Positions 1 to 8,790 of a stretch of 35,404 nt of DNA are shown piece by piece; position 1 is the first letter of the stretch; the number at the start of each line of letters is the position of its first letter. The translations under genes and the position numbers were made by a program. The stretch lies in the NCBI GenBank assembly GCA_030151825.1, contig JASLCP010000025.1, positions 1 to 35,404 of the forward strand, read 5' to 3'. This DNA comes from Candidatus Saccharimonadales bacterium. GTDB taxonomy: Bacteria > Patescibacteriota > Saccharimonadia > Saccharimonadales > Saccharimonadaceae. A model generated the notes under the pieces. The model ran no database searches, was not told the origin of the DNA, and was given only the letters and a program-made list of their open reading frames with translations.

Positions 1-591
1 AACACTTGGATCAAGGCCATCGATCACCTTAATATCGCTGTTTTGACAACCGCCAGTTGCTATACGAACACATGTCGCTGTTTGTATAGCGTTATTAGGA
101 TAGCCTGCGGCAACGATACGACGATACAGCGCACCGTCCCTTACATAATAAATAATCGTATTCCGCTTTCCCGTAGCGAATTGGGTATCGTCATAAATCG
201 CATTACCACTGGTATCAAGTGGCGTCTGAATTAGTATCAAGCGATGGTTACTGATACGCCAAAAATACTGATCATTCGTGTCAGGACTTGGCCCCGGCAC
301 ATCAGTGTACCCAGCGGTGCTTGTGGGCGCATTAGGATCAGGGGAAAGATTATACACACCAACGTTTGACGATAGGCGTACGTCGTCGTTAATACGATTG
401 AGTGTATCTTGGCTATTTGTCGATAGCGTGTTGCGCGTTGTAATAAACGGAACCTGGCTTGATACTGACAAATATATGCCGATAGCACCGATAAGTATGA
501 CCGACGCGATAGCAACGGCAATAATAAGTTCGACAATCGTAAATCCTTGTGCGTAACGCTGCTGCCGTATCATACGAGAAATACTACCCAT
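1..591 (-). CDS. Type IV pilin / pseudopilin-like protein (prepilin N-terminal cleavage-methylation domain); C-terminus lies beyond the window edge
   Basis: Not in the supplied ORF track because no stop codon falls in the window. The reverse complement of 1-591 is open for 197 codons: MGSISRMIRQQRYAQG/FTIVELIIAVAIASVILIGAIGIYLSVSS... A short basic leader ends in Gly and is followed by FTIVEL and a hydrophobic helix, which is the classic PilD/prepilin peptidase site. Alternative start at 573 (MIRQQRYAQG). The later part (IIYYVRDGALYRR) resembles minor pilins of the PilW/GspJ type. Confidence 0.8.
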   Translation of the reverse strand, partial: MGSISRMIRQQRYAQGFTIVELIIAVAIASVILIGAIGIYLSVSSQVPFITTRNTLSTNSQDTLNRINDDVRLSSNVGVYNLSPDPNAPTSTAGYTDVPGPSPDTNDQYFWRISNHRLILIQTPLDTSGNAIYDDTQFATGKRNTIIYYVRDGALYRRIVAAGYPNNAIQTATCVRIATGGCQNSDIKVIDGLDPSV

Positions 592-640
592 ACATCAAGT
601 TTACCATAAGCATCTTTATTTATCGTGAATACTGTCGTGC

Positions 641-2428
641 TTACGGTGTTTTGTATACGTCGTGCTGCTCAGCGGTCCAGAATTGGACATCAATATAGCG
701 CTCCGCCAGCGAGACAACCTTGTCAGTCTCGGCCAGTGATTGATACTGTTTGTTCTTGACGTATATCATCATTGGCTGGTAGAGCCCAATTGCCGGGACA
801 TCTTTTAGCCACTGTTGCGCAAACGCTTTATATTTGACGGCGCGCAACTCAGCGTCACTACGACTACGGCCGCTCACCAGCGCGTCGTCGCTCAAAGTAC
901 TCGAATAGTTGGCAAAGTTCAGTAGGCCACGCGAATGCCAATACGCAAAGACGTCCGGATCACCCCCAATAAATAGTTCGTCAATCAACACATCGTAGCT
1001 ACGTGGACGCAATACTGTCTGAGCAAAGCTTTGATCGACTGCTGCCGGATCGACAATTTGTTTCTCAACACTGACACCGACTTTATTCCACTGTCCCGAT
1101 AGGATTTCGAGCGCTTTTTCGTAGTCACTGTTTTTGCGGGCAACTACATGAAGTTTTAGCTCTTGGTCACCCTTGCTACGTGTACCGTTTGTGGTCATTT
1201 TCCAGCCAGCATCATCAAGGAGCTTTTCGGCAGCAATAATATTTTGTGCCGGTACCTTTGGCACATCAGTGCCCTCAACCAAATTATGTGTAAATGGCAA
1301 ATCAAGTTGTGGCGGCGTTCCATATAACGCCTTGCGAATCGGTGTCGTGTTGGTCGCAAGTTGCAATGCTTGACGCACCGGCAGCTCTTTAGTGATTGGC
1401 TGTGTGGTATTGATGATCGCATAGACACCGCCGTTCGTTGGCTTATTCATGATAGTGTATCGGGACATATCAACCCCGCGCGCAACATCACCACTCACTC
1501 CAGCTGCTGCACCGACTTCACCAGTACGTAGTGCCGTCCCAATATCGTCCATGTTGCCATAAATATGTACCTGAAAACGGTCGACTTTTGGGCGATGCCC
1601 ATAATACAAATCATTAGCTGCCAGATGAACAATCTTGCGCTTACCACTCGCGCCCGCTTGTTGTGTCAGGCGAAACGTGAATGGACCACTACCGACAGGT
1701 GCCTTGCTAAAGCTACTTTGTCGCAGTAAACGCGGGTCGGTATCCTTCAGTACATGCTGCGGCAAAATCGAGAACGTCAGCGCCTGAGGAAACGCCGCGT
1801 ATGCTGCTGGCAACGTAAACTGAACAGTATAGTCATCCACCGCTTTTGCGTCAATATCTTTCCAGCTTGCATTCATTGTTGCGCGGGATGCTGGATTTTT
1901 CATCAAGTCAACAGTAAAGATGACATCCTTGGCAGTCAGTAGTTTGCCGTCACTCCAGCGACCATCTTTTCGTAGTGTCACTGTATAAATCTTGTTCGTG
2001 TCGTCAAGTTTCATCGAACGAGCTACATCCGGACGAATATGGCCTGACTGGTCGTATTGATAAAGCGACGAAAACAGTAGTCGATTGGTTGACGTCTCGA
2101 TGTCACTTGTCGCATAAAGTGGATTGAGGGTATCGAGTGTTCCCATGACCGCTTCAGCGTATGTCCCGCCATCTACTGGTGTCATTACCAGATAACTCCG
2201 CTGAAACCACAAAATCTGCACACCAACAATCACAATGAGCAGTGCCACGCCAAGCATCCATGTCAAAATACGTCGGCGTACATTGCGCACATTGTCCCAG
2301 CGGCGCACCAAAAAACGATGCGCATGGCGAACCGTCGCGCCTTCAGCTTTTTTGGCACGTTTTGAGAGCGCTGAACGATGCGCTTTTATAGCCTGTAACT
2401 GACGCCACTTCTGTTGTTTGTCTGGCAT
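641..2428 (-). CDS. Extracellular solute-binding protein, family 5 (peptide/nickel-type ABC substrate-binding protein), membrane anchored
   Basis: ORF 641..2620, trimmed to the ATG at 2428 (MPDKQQKW...) because the upstream extension overlaps secG. Very basic N-terminal tail, then one TM helix (ILTWMLGVALLIVIVGVQILWF), then a family-5 SBP-like body (YTVTLRKDGRWSDGKLLTAKDVIFTVDLMKNP; about 590 aa). A GGTGG-type RBS lies about 10 nt upstream. Confidence 0.7.
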   Translation of the reverse strand: MPDKQQKWRQLQAIKAHRSALSKRAKKAEGATVRHAHRFLVRRWDNVRNVRRRILTWMLGVALLIVIVGVQILWFQRSYLVMTPVDGGTYAEAVMGTLDTLNPLYATSDIETSTNRLLFSSLYQYDQSGHIRPDVARSMKLDDTNKIYTVTLRKDGRWSDGKLLTAKDVIFTVDLMKNPASRATMNASWKDIDAKAVDDYTVQFTLPAAYAAFPQALTFSILPQHVLKDTDPRLLRQSSFSKAPVGSGPFTFRLTQQAGASGKRKIVHLAANDLYYGHRPKVDRFQVHIYGNMDDIGTALRTGEVGAAAGVSGDVARGVDMSRYTIMNKPTNGGVYAIINTTQPITKELPVRQALQLATNTTPIRKALYGTPPQLDLPFTHNLVEGTDVPKVPAQNIIAAEKLLDDAGWKMTTNGTRSKGDQELKLHVVARKNSDYEKALEILSGQWNKVGVSVEKQIVDPAAVDQSFAQTVLRPRSYDVLIDELFIGGDPDVFAYWHSRGLLNFANYSSTLSDDALVSGRSRSDAELRAVKYKAFAQQWLKDVPAIGLYQPMMIYVKNKQYQSLAETDKVVSLAERYIDVQFWTAEQHDVYKTP

Positions 2429-2447
2429 TACACTGCGCCACCCACGC

Positions 2448-2675
2448 TTATAATGGTAATAAAAGTCCCGCAAGGATTGATAGTACAAAGAGGACTGCAA
2501 GAACGATAGTTGCCTCAAAGAGATTCTTGTCGAGACCACGTCGTGTCGTAAACAGTTCTCCTGATGCACCAAAGCCAGCACCAAGGCTCGCTCCGCGCTG
2601 TTGCAGCAATATACAGGCAATCATCAATATTGCTGATCCCACCGTCACAATTTGTAAAATAGTATTAATTGTCAT
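2448..2675 (-). CDS. secG: Preprotein translocase subunit SecG
   Basis: 75 aa with two TM helices and the Gly-rich loop typical of SecG (LLQQRGASLGAGFGASGELFTTRRGLDK). Its ATG overlaps the upstream stop codon as ATGA at 2672-2675. Confidence 0.85.
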   Translation of the reverse strand: MTINTILQIVTVGSAILMIACILLQQRGASLGAGFGASGELFTTRRGLDKNLFEATIVLAVLFVLSILAGLLLPL

Positions 2676-3073
2676 ATTTTCTCCTGATATTTGCGTTCGT
2701 AGCTCAGCTCAAGAACGCTACTTACTATATAGTTTACCAGACTTAGGATAATTCCTGTAAGAATCGAGTTGAAAAACGACATATGAAGCCCTGGAGTCAT
2801 CGCCAGCGACAGATAGACCATCAATCCGTTGACGACTAAAATAAACAGTCCAAGTGTTACCAGGATGGCAGGAAGTGACAAAATGATAATGATTGGCCGC
2901 ACAATACTGTTGATGACCGAAAAAATCAACCCCGCCAGCAAGAACACCATAAAGCCAGCATCGACCTGTTCGTTACTATAACCGGTTCCTAAAAGACGGA
3001 CCGCGATCCACAGTCCAAATGAATTTAATAACCAACGCACCAAAAAGGCAGCAAATTGTTGTCTCATTACCAT
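2672..3073 (-). CDS. Phage-holin-family-4-like / DUF360 four-TM membrane protein
   Basis: ORF 2672..3112. The likely start is ATG 3073 or 3067 (MVMRQQFAAFLVRWLLNSFGLWIA...), downstream of the pepP-like stop at 3087. Small hydrophobic protein with the IVRPIIIILSLPAILVTLGLF pattern typical of DUF360 (PF04020). Confidence 0.6.
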   Translation of the reverse strand: MVMRQQFAAFLVRWLLNSFGLWIAVRLLGTGYSNEQVDAGFMVFLLAGLIFSVINSIVRPIIIILSLPAILVTLGLFILVVNGLMVYLSLAMTPGLHMSFFNSILTGIILSLVNYIVSSVLELSYERKYQEKI

Positions 3074-3086
3074 TAGTATAGCACAC

Positions 3087-4301
3087 CTACAAGCTAGTCG
3101 GGAGCTTGACACTCAGATTACGAAAGCCGTCGTCTGTTACCAAAATATCATCTTCGATACGCACACCGATATGCTCTTCGGGGATATATATTCCCGGCTC
3201 GACCGTCAGTACCATGCCCGGCTGCAAACACGATGGCCGCCCCAATGAGTCATGGACATCCGCACCAAGTCCGTGACTAATTGCGTGGGGGAAATAGGTA
3301 CGATACATTTCGTCGCTCTCGTCGCGCAGCAGCCCAAGTCGTATCAAGGCCTGTTTCATAATGACATCAACCTGACGCTGATAGTCATCGACTGCGAGGC
3401 CCGGGGCGATCAGTTCGATAATTTCCCGTTGTGCCGCCGCAACCTCAGCATGGACAGCCTGCTGCCGCTTGGTCATTTTGCCAAGCCCATACGTGCGCGT
3501 AATATCCGCCGCATACCCATGCATTTTTGCACCGATGTCGATCAGTAGCAGCGTGCCCTTTTTGAGCGGACCGTTATTGGCCGTATAGTGCAGTGTACAG
3601 GCATTGTGCCCTGCCGCTACAATCGGATCATAGGCATGCCCCGCTGCTCCACGACTGCGAAAATAGTGCGAAAAATCGGCTTCGACCTGGTATTCATATT
3701 TATACGACGATAGTCGCGATTTGACTTGTTCAAATGCTGCCGTCGTCAGATCAATCGCCGTTTGCATTGCCTCAATTTCTTCGGGACGCTTAATAGCGCG
3801 AATTTCGGCCAATTTGGGGCGAAAATCTTGCACCTTCGTAAAGTGTCGCGACAATTGCTCGCGCATATCACGCGCCGCCGGATTAACCACAAAGCCGAAG
3901 TGATCGTGGTGTGCTGGCGGATCGATTGTATACACCAGCTGATGTGCCCGGGCGGCCTGACGCAGTAATTCCAGGCCTTTCGCACGGTCAAGCACTTCAT
4001 CAACACCACTGATTTCCCGCGCCTCATCCAGAGACAAACTTCCATCAAATAGCGCATGCACAGCGTCAACCTTTGGCGCCACCAACCACGACCTAGCTCG
4101 TTTACCATCAATCACCAACCACCAGTCAGGATGTTCGACTCCGGTCAAATACCAGAAATTTGCCTCTTGCTCGAACGGCGCCGCCATATCATGACTGCGT
4201 TGCATTTGCGTATAGGCCGACACGACCAACAAGCTCCCCTGGAGTTTTTGCATCACCGCCTGTCGATTAGCGGCAAAGAAGGTCGCGTCGAGTGATTTCA
4301 T
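3087..4301 (-). CDS. Xaa-Pro aminopeptidase / M24 family metallopeptidase
   Basis: 404 aa. Pita-bread fold metal ligand motifs are present: LLLIDIGAKMHGYAADITRT, HGLGADVHD, VLTVEPGIYIPEE, GVRIEDDILVT. Confidence 0.85.
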   Translation of the reverse strand: MKSLDATFFAANRQAVMQKLQGSLLVVSAYTQMQRSHDMAAPFEQEANFWYLTGVEHPDWWLVIDGKRARSWLVAPKVDAVHALFDGSLSLDEAREISGVDEVLDRAKGLELLRQAARAHQLVYTIDPPAHHDHFGFVVNPAARDMREQLSRHFTKVQDFRPKLAEIRAIKRPEEIEAMQTAIDLTTAAFEQVKSRLSSYKYEYQVEADFSHYFRSRGAAGHAYDPIVAAGHNACTLHYTANNGPLKKGTLLLIDIGAKMHGYAADITRTYGLGKMTKRQQAVHAEVAAAQREIIELIAPGLAVDDYQRQVDVIMKQALIRLGLLRDESDEMYRTYFPHAISHGLGADVHDSLGRPSCLQPGMVLTVEPGIYIPEEHIGVRIEDDILVTDDGFRNLSVKLPTSL

Positions 4302-4335
4302 CTGATTCTAGCGTACCACAATATCATCATGACAA

Positions 4336-5883
4336 TTAGAGGTATTTATGTAATTCTGATGCTTTTGCCGTGCCTATCGTTTCGGCAAGCTGCTCTTTTG
4401 TCGCGCCCTTCACTCCACGCAGACTACCAAACGTCTTGATTAATTTTTTACGCGTAGCGGGGCCAATACCTGGAATGTCTTCTAGACTACTGGCGGTTTG
4501 TTTTTGACGTTTCAACACCGTGTGATAGCTCACCGCAAAACGATGCGATTCATCACGCACGCGCTGGAATAATTTGACAACATCCGTGTGTGAATAGACA
4601 CGATCGCTAGCACGCAAGTTACGCGAATGGGACGAGGCGTTACGCTGCCCTGGGTGCAGATTAATGACGTAATAGTCGCCAGACACTGTGACATCGATGT
4701 CGTCTTCGGGACGCGCAATCAACTGCTTGATATGCGCCGGGTCAATATTGGACCGCGTATGGTGCACGATGATTTCCTCTTCGCGCTTGGCAATACTAAT
4801 AATCGGAAACGCAACGCCACGTTCTTCCATGGCGCGAATCGCTGCATCAAGCTGCCCTTTGCCACCATCAATCAGCAGCAAATCCGGCTTACCCCACGCT
4901 GCCAGATTTTTTGGGCTCATACGACGCAGAATGGTTTCGTGCATATTTGCTGTATCGTTATTCTGCTCAATCTTTGTCTTGAACTTGCGGTATTCCGATC
5001 GATTACTGACACCGTTGCTAAACACGACCATACTAGCGACGACATTCGTACCGCCCATATGGCTAATGTCATAGCCTTCGATACGCGCCGGCGGTTTGGC
5101 GAGGCCCAGCAGCACCGCCAAATCACTCAGCGCACGGTCTTTACTGATATTCAAAAACTCGCGATCACCAAACATAATCCGTCGTTGCAATTCGCCCAAA
5201 TCACGTAGCTTGTTGCGCAAGCTCGCCGCCAGTTCGTAATCCTGATCACGCGCCGCTTGTTTCATTTCTTTTTCGATATCGCGCGCAATTTGCTTGCGAC
5301 CACCCTGAAAATAACTAATCAGTTTTCGCAGCGTCGCCTTATACTCGTCGCTTGTCATACCCGGTCGCGGACTCAGCCCAATGTGCGAATCAAGATCCGG
5401 ACGCACCCCTGCTTTTGGCGGCTTGGTGTAATACGGGAAAATCTTTCGCAAATACCGCAGCGCCTTTTTGACCGCAAACCCATTATAGTACGGCCCAAAA
5501 TACTCGGCGCCATCGTCAGCAGGATTACGCGTAAAGCTAACGTGCGGCCACTCGTTCTTTATATCAATTCGCACGTACATTTGCGATTTGTCGTCACGCA
5601 GCAAAATATTATAGCGCGGCATATAGCGCTTGACCATCTCACTTTCCAAAAACAAGGCATCAATTTCACTCTCGGTTTCAGTCCAATCCGTGTCATCAAT
5701 TTCTGCCACCAGCGCCTTGGTTTTGATGTCCATGTCGCGCTGTGATTGAAAGTACTGACGAACGCGGTTTTTCAGCAGCGCGGCTTTACCGACATAAATA
5801 ATCTCGCCATCGCGTGATTTGTGAAAATACACGCCCGGTGCAAGTGGCAATGTTTTTAATTTCGCTTCAAGCGCTTTATTCAT
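4336..5883 (-). CDS. uvrC: Excinuclease ABC subunit C (UvrC), compact 515-aa form
   Basis: GIY-YIG N-terminus (GVYFHKSRDGEIIYVGKAALLKNRVRQY), UVR motif (DYELAASLRNKLRDL), and a C-terminal (HhH)2 (LEDIPGIGPATRKKLIKTFGSL). Confidence 0.9.
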   Translation of the reverse strand: MNKALEAKLKTLPLAPGVYFHKSRDGEIIYVGKAALLKNRVRQYFQSQRDMDIKTKALVAEIDDTDWTETESEIDALFLESEMVKRYMPRYNILLRDDKSQMYVRIDIKNEWPHVSFTRNPADDGAEYFGPYYNGFAVKKALRYLRKIFPYYTKPPKAGVRPDLDSHIGLSPRPGMTSDEYKATLRKLISYFQGGRKQIARDIEKEMKQAARDQDYELAASLRNKLRDLGELQRRIMFGDREFLNISKDRALSDLAVLLGLAKPPARIEGYDISHMGGTNVVASMVVFSNGVSNRSEYRKFKTKIEQNNDTANMHETILRRMSPKNLAAWGKPDLLLIDGGKGQLDAAIRAMEERGVAFPIISIAKREEEIIVHHTRSNIDPAHIKQLIARPEDDIDVTVSGDYYVINLHPGQRNASSHSRNLRASDRVYSHTDVVKLFQRVRDESHRFAVSYHTVLKRQKQTASSLEDIPGIGPATRKKLIKTFGSLRGVKGATKEQLAETIGTAKASELHKYL

Positions 5884-5909
5884 ACTTCTATGATATCACT
5901 TTACCGGTG

Positions 5910-7163
5910 TTATTGCTGATCAGGACGCACGATCTTGATGCATTCAGGTACTGTCGTTTCGCCGGTCGAAAAGGCAGTTTCAACACAAGTGCGAAACAAG
6001 TTTTGTCGCTGGCGACGCTGCGCAATATCTGCAACCACGGTTGTATTCAGCGCATGGATAAACGCGCGCGGTTCTTGGCCAGGGCTACTGTGACCTATAT
6101 TAGGCAAATGGTGCACATCAAACTTGATATCAGGATAATTGGTCACTTTTCGAAATTGTTGTTCAGCATCATCTTCGTTAACGACTGTGTCGGTCGCTGC
6201 ATCTTTTGGTCGAAAATACGAAATTCTAACATCGCCAAATTTACGTAATTTTGCAATCGCTCCACGTGCCGTTGCCCCCAACTGCACACAAAATTGATCG
6301 TACAGGACGTTCGCCGTCGCTGATGGATGACGAATTTTTTTCTCATACACATCGTTGCTTGTTTCGATCAGCTTGCCGATATCCAACCTATGCTCGTCCG
6401 TATTCATATAGGAGTCTTTGCGTCCCAACATCTCGGGAATGTATCGCGATAACCAGTAATATTTGAGCCACGGTGCATATTCGGCATAATTACAGACATT
6501 TTGGCCAAATGAACGCATATTGCTTCGCACCGAATCTATCGAAAATGGCGTTTGCAAAAGCACGATGTCGCGCAATTTTATATCGAGATTTTTTTCTTCA
6601 ATAATTTCTTTGGCGCGGGCTGCCTTGTTGAGCATTTTTAGCCCGCCGATACTGTGACCGATCAGCACGATTTCTTGGACATTATGATCTACCGCATATT
6701 CGACTAACTTTTCAGCTTGTTCATCAGTATTGATACCTTTGTCCGATTCCCTATCGGCAACCGTTCGCCCCTGATACCTTAAGGGTGATAGCGCGGTCAT
6801 CATATTTGTCGCATCCATGTTGCCAAAGCCGACGGCACCGTCAAACAGCAAATCATTATTCGAGGGATCTTTTGCTTCGTTAATCTCGAGGATGCTACTT
6901 GGTCGACCTGACCACTGCTGGTACGTTTCGGCAATACCGAGTGCTTCGTGGCTGGCAATAGCAAGAGTCGCCGAAAGACACACAAAAGCTCTCCGTCCCA
7001 GGTAGCGGCGCTTCTTTTCAGACACTTCTTTCGTTTGATCGCGACTATCAAGACGATCATTGCTAGAGATGACGCCTACCTCATGCTCGAGATCCTGTAA
7101 AAGCTGTTCTATATTACTTTCAGAATCCCCAGACAGCTGCTTGTTCTGTCTTTCGGCCTTCAT
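5910..7163 (-). CDS. Alpha/beta-hydrolase-fold protein (putative membrane-anchored esterase/lipase), function unknown
   Basis: 417 aa. Acidic N-terminal region, then one hydrophobic segment (AFVCLSATLAIASHEALG). GxSxG nucleophile elbow (VLIGHSIGG). Candidate Asp (DTVVNEDD) and His (NIGHSSPG) are late in the sequence. Confidence 0.5.
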   Translation of the reverse strand: MKAERQNKQLSGDSESNIEQLLQDLEHEVGVISSNDRLDSRDQTKEVSEKKRRYLGRRAFVCLSATLAIASHEALGIAETYQQWSGRPSSILEINEAKDPSNNDLLFDGAVGFGNMDATNMMTALSPLRYQGRTVADRESDKGINTDEQAEKLVEYAVDHNVQEIVLIGHSIGGLKMLNKAARAKEIIEEKNLDIKLRDIVLLQTPFSIDSVRSNMRSFGQNVCNYAEYAPWLKYYWLSRYIPEMLGRKDSYMNTDEHRLDIGKLIETSNDVYEKKIRHPSATANVLYDQFCVQLGATARGAIAKLRKFGDVRISYFRPKDAATDTVVNEDDAEQQFRKVTNYPDIKFDVHHLPNIGHSSPGQEPRAFIHALNTTVVADIAQRRQRQNLFRTCVETAFSTGETTVPECIKIVRPDQQ

Positions 7164-7171
7164 TTAATGGC

Positions 7172-7200
7172 ATTATACCATAAAAATGTCAAATTTACAA
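7172..7200 (-). promoter_or_regulatory. Extended -10 promoter of the alpha/beta-hydrolase gene (probable leaderless)
   Basis: On the minus strand: TTGTAA (7195-7200), 17 nt, then TGGTATAAT (7172-7180). The box lies 8 nt from ATG 7163. Confidence 0.5.
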
Positions 7201-7230
7201 TAGGAATTGTTAATTAATCCTGAGATCGTT

Positions 7231-7959
7231 TTATGCAACAGCAACGCCAAAGAGGTGGCCAATTCCATACGTCACTACTGCCGAGAAGACAATGATAAGA
7301 AACTGGCGGATCGCGCCGAAAACAATCGGCTTACCGCTGGTATTTGCCGTATATGCACCGACAAATAGGCCGGCAAATCCAGTCAACGCCGAAGCGATAA
7401 CTGCACCAGTCATGCCGTCTGCGCCAAAGAACCAGGGTGCCAGTGGCACCAAGGCTCCGGCAGTAAACAACAAGAAAGACGATATCGCAGCTACCCACGG
7501 TGATCCAAGCTCGTCTTCGTTAATACCAATAACCTGTGACGAGTACATGGACACAAACAGATTATCCTTTTCGGCGACATCTTTGGCTGCGTGAGTTGCT
7601 GTTTTTGCATCAATACCGTGCTCTTCGAAATTTTTCGCAAGATTGTTGACCAAGGTTTTACTATCTTTTTTGACCGCGAGTTTAAGATCAGTCAGTACAC
7701 CTTCGAACAGCTCGACTTGCGCTTTGACCGAAATCCACTCGCCTGCGGCCATCGAAATAGCACCCGCTAGTAGTCCCGCGAGTCCAGCAACGAGCACCGA
7801 ATGGCTAGCCGCACCAGTTGCTGCGACACCAACCACAATACAAAGCGTACTCACCAGACCATCGTTAACCCCAAGAACAGCAGCCCGCGCGCCACCTCGT
7901 TGCACCTGAGCTGCACGAGCAGCCAAGATTTGGCTTGTTGTTTGTTTCTCTTTATTCAT
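7231..7959 (-). CDS. VIT1/CCC1-family iron/manganese transporter
   Basis: 242 aa. Contains the VIT-family signature GVNDGLVSTLCIVVGVA. The central cytosolic segment is flanked by TM helices. Confidence 0.8.
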   Translation of the reverse strand: MNKEKQTTSQILAARAAQVQRGGARAAVLGVNDGLVSTLCIVVGVAATGAASHSVLVAGLAGLLAGAISMAAGEWISVKAQVELFEGVLTDLKLAVKKDSKTLVNNLAKNFEEHGIDAKTATHAAKDVAEKDNLFVSMYSSQVIGINEDELGSPWVAAISSFLLFTAGALVPLAPWFFGADGMTGAVIASALTGFAGLFVGAYTANTSGKPIVFGAIRQFLIIVFSAVVTYGIGHLFGVAVA

Positions 7960-8085
7960 AGGACTTTAATTATACCTGATTTTAGCAAGTTTTACTAGGA
8001 TCACCACTTTTCCCACCCGCCTTCTTATTGTCCATCACACTCGATTCAGAATGACAAACATAAAATTATGCTACGCTACTATTAG

Positions 8086-8790
8086 ATGAAACGTCTCGCG
8101 ACCAAATCTCAGAATTTTCTCCGCAGCCCGCGGCTCGTCAAAACACTCATCGGCCACTCTGACCTCAAAAAAGCTGACATCGTTTATGACATCGGCGCCG
8201 GCAGCGGCATCATTGCAAACAGCCTGGCCGAAAAGTGCACCCACGTCTACGCCATCGAACACGACGCCAGACTACTACAGACCCTCCGCGACAACCTCAA
8301 ATCTCATGACAATGTCACCATCATCCAAGCCGACATCCTGCGCTATACATTCCCCGACACCCCCTATAAAGTTTTCGCCAACATCCCCTTCCACCTTAGC
8401 TCACCCATCGTTCGCTTACTTACAGAGGCTGATAACCCTCCGGCCAGCATTTACCTTATCGTCCAAAAGCAATTCGCCCAAAAACTCCTGATGGACACGC
8501 ACTCATTTACTGGACAGCTTGGCGCACGTATTACACCACGCTTTACCACACGTATCCGTTATACGCTGCAGCGCACTGACTTTTGGCCACATCCCGCCGT
8601 TGATACGGTACTTCTCGAAATCAAACAACGCGACACACCATTGTTGCCGCCAGAGCAACTTCCTGCCTACCGCACCTTTATCACACAGTGCTTTTCGCGA
8701 CAAAAATACTTCCTCTCACTCCGTCAAACAAAACGCCCCAGCGAGCTATCTGATGTCGAGTGGGTACGATTGTTTACTTCGACGCGATAA
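8086..8790 (+). CDS. rRNA adenine N6-methyltransferase, Erm-like (23S rRNA A2058-type) rather than KsgA-like
   Basis: 234 aa. SQNFL lies only 8 residues from the N-terminus. SAM motif DIGAGSGI. YKVFANIPFHLSSPIV and IYLIVQKQFAQKLL align by eye with ErmC YKIFGNIPYNISTDII / IYLIVEYGFAKRLL. The C-terminal EWVRLF resembles ErmE EQWLRLF. Codons are strongly C-ending (many CTC, ATC, GAC), unlike the neighbours. Confidence 0.6.
   Translation: MKRLATKSQNFLRSPRLVKTLIGHSDLKKADIVYDIGAGSGIIANSLAEKCTHVYAIEHDARLLQTLRDNLKSHDNVTIIQADILRYTFPDTPYKVFANIPFHLSSPIVRLLTEADNPPASIYLIVQKQFAQKLLMDTHSFTGQLGARITPRFTTRIRYTLQRTDFWPHPAVDTVLLEIKQRDTPLLPPEQLPAYRTFITQCFSRQKYFLSLRQTKRPSELSDVEWVRLFTSTR

Noticed and set aside
2429-2620. 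N-terminal 64-codon extension of the solute-binding protein ORF (track start 2620)
   Set aside because: The extension overlaps almost all of secG in another frame and its sequence is Cys- and Tyr-rich nonsense. ATG 2428 follows the secG stop by 19 nt, has a GGTGG RBS, and begins the basic tail and TM anchor.
4627-5745. Plus-strand ORFs of 128-193 aa (4627..5208, 4688..5074, 5257..5745) inside uvrC
   Set aside because: These are antisense shadow frames of a confidently identified gene. Their composition is low-complexity with no motifs, RBS or promoter.
5814-6248. Plus-strand 144-aa ORF spanning the uvrC start and the hydrolase 3' end
   Set aside because: It crosses an intergenic region antisense to two real genes. 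There are no start signals or recognisable features.
7187-7192. Perfect TTGACA (minus strand) near the hydrolase promoter, and TTGACG at 33146-33151 near the dedA promoter
   Set aside because: The spacing to the TATAAT box is only 9 nt and 4 nt respectively, so they cannot act as the -35 of those promoters. The TGn extended -10 probably compensates.
7960-8085. Possible Mn/Fe riboswitch (yybP-ykoY type) upstream of the VIT-family transporter
   Set aside because: A TATAAT box lies 9 nt from the ATG, which leaves no room for a structured leader. No conserved riboswitch core sequence is visible.
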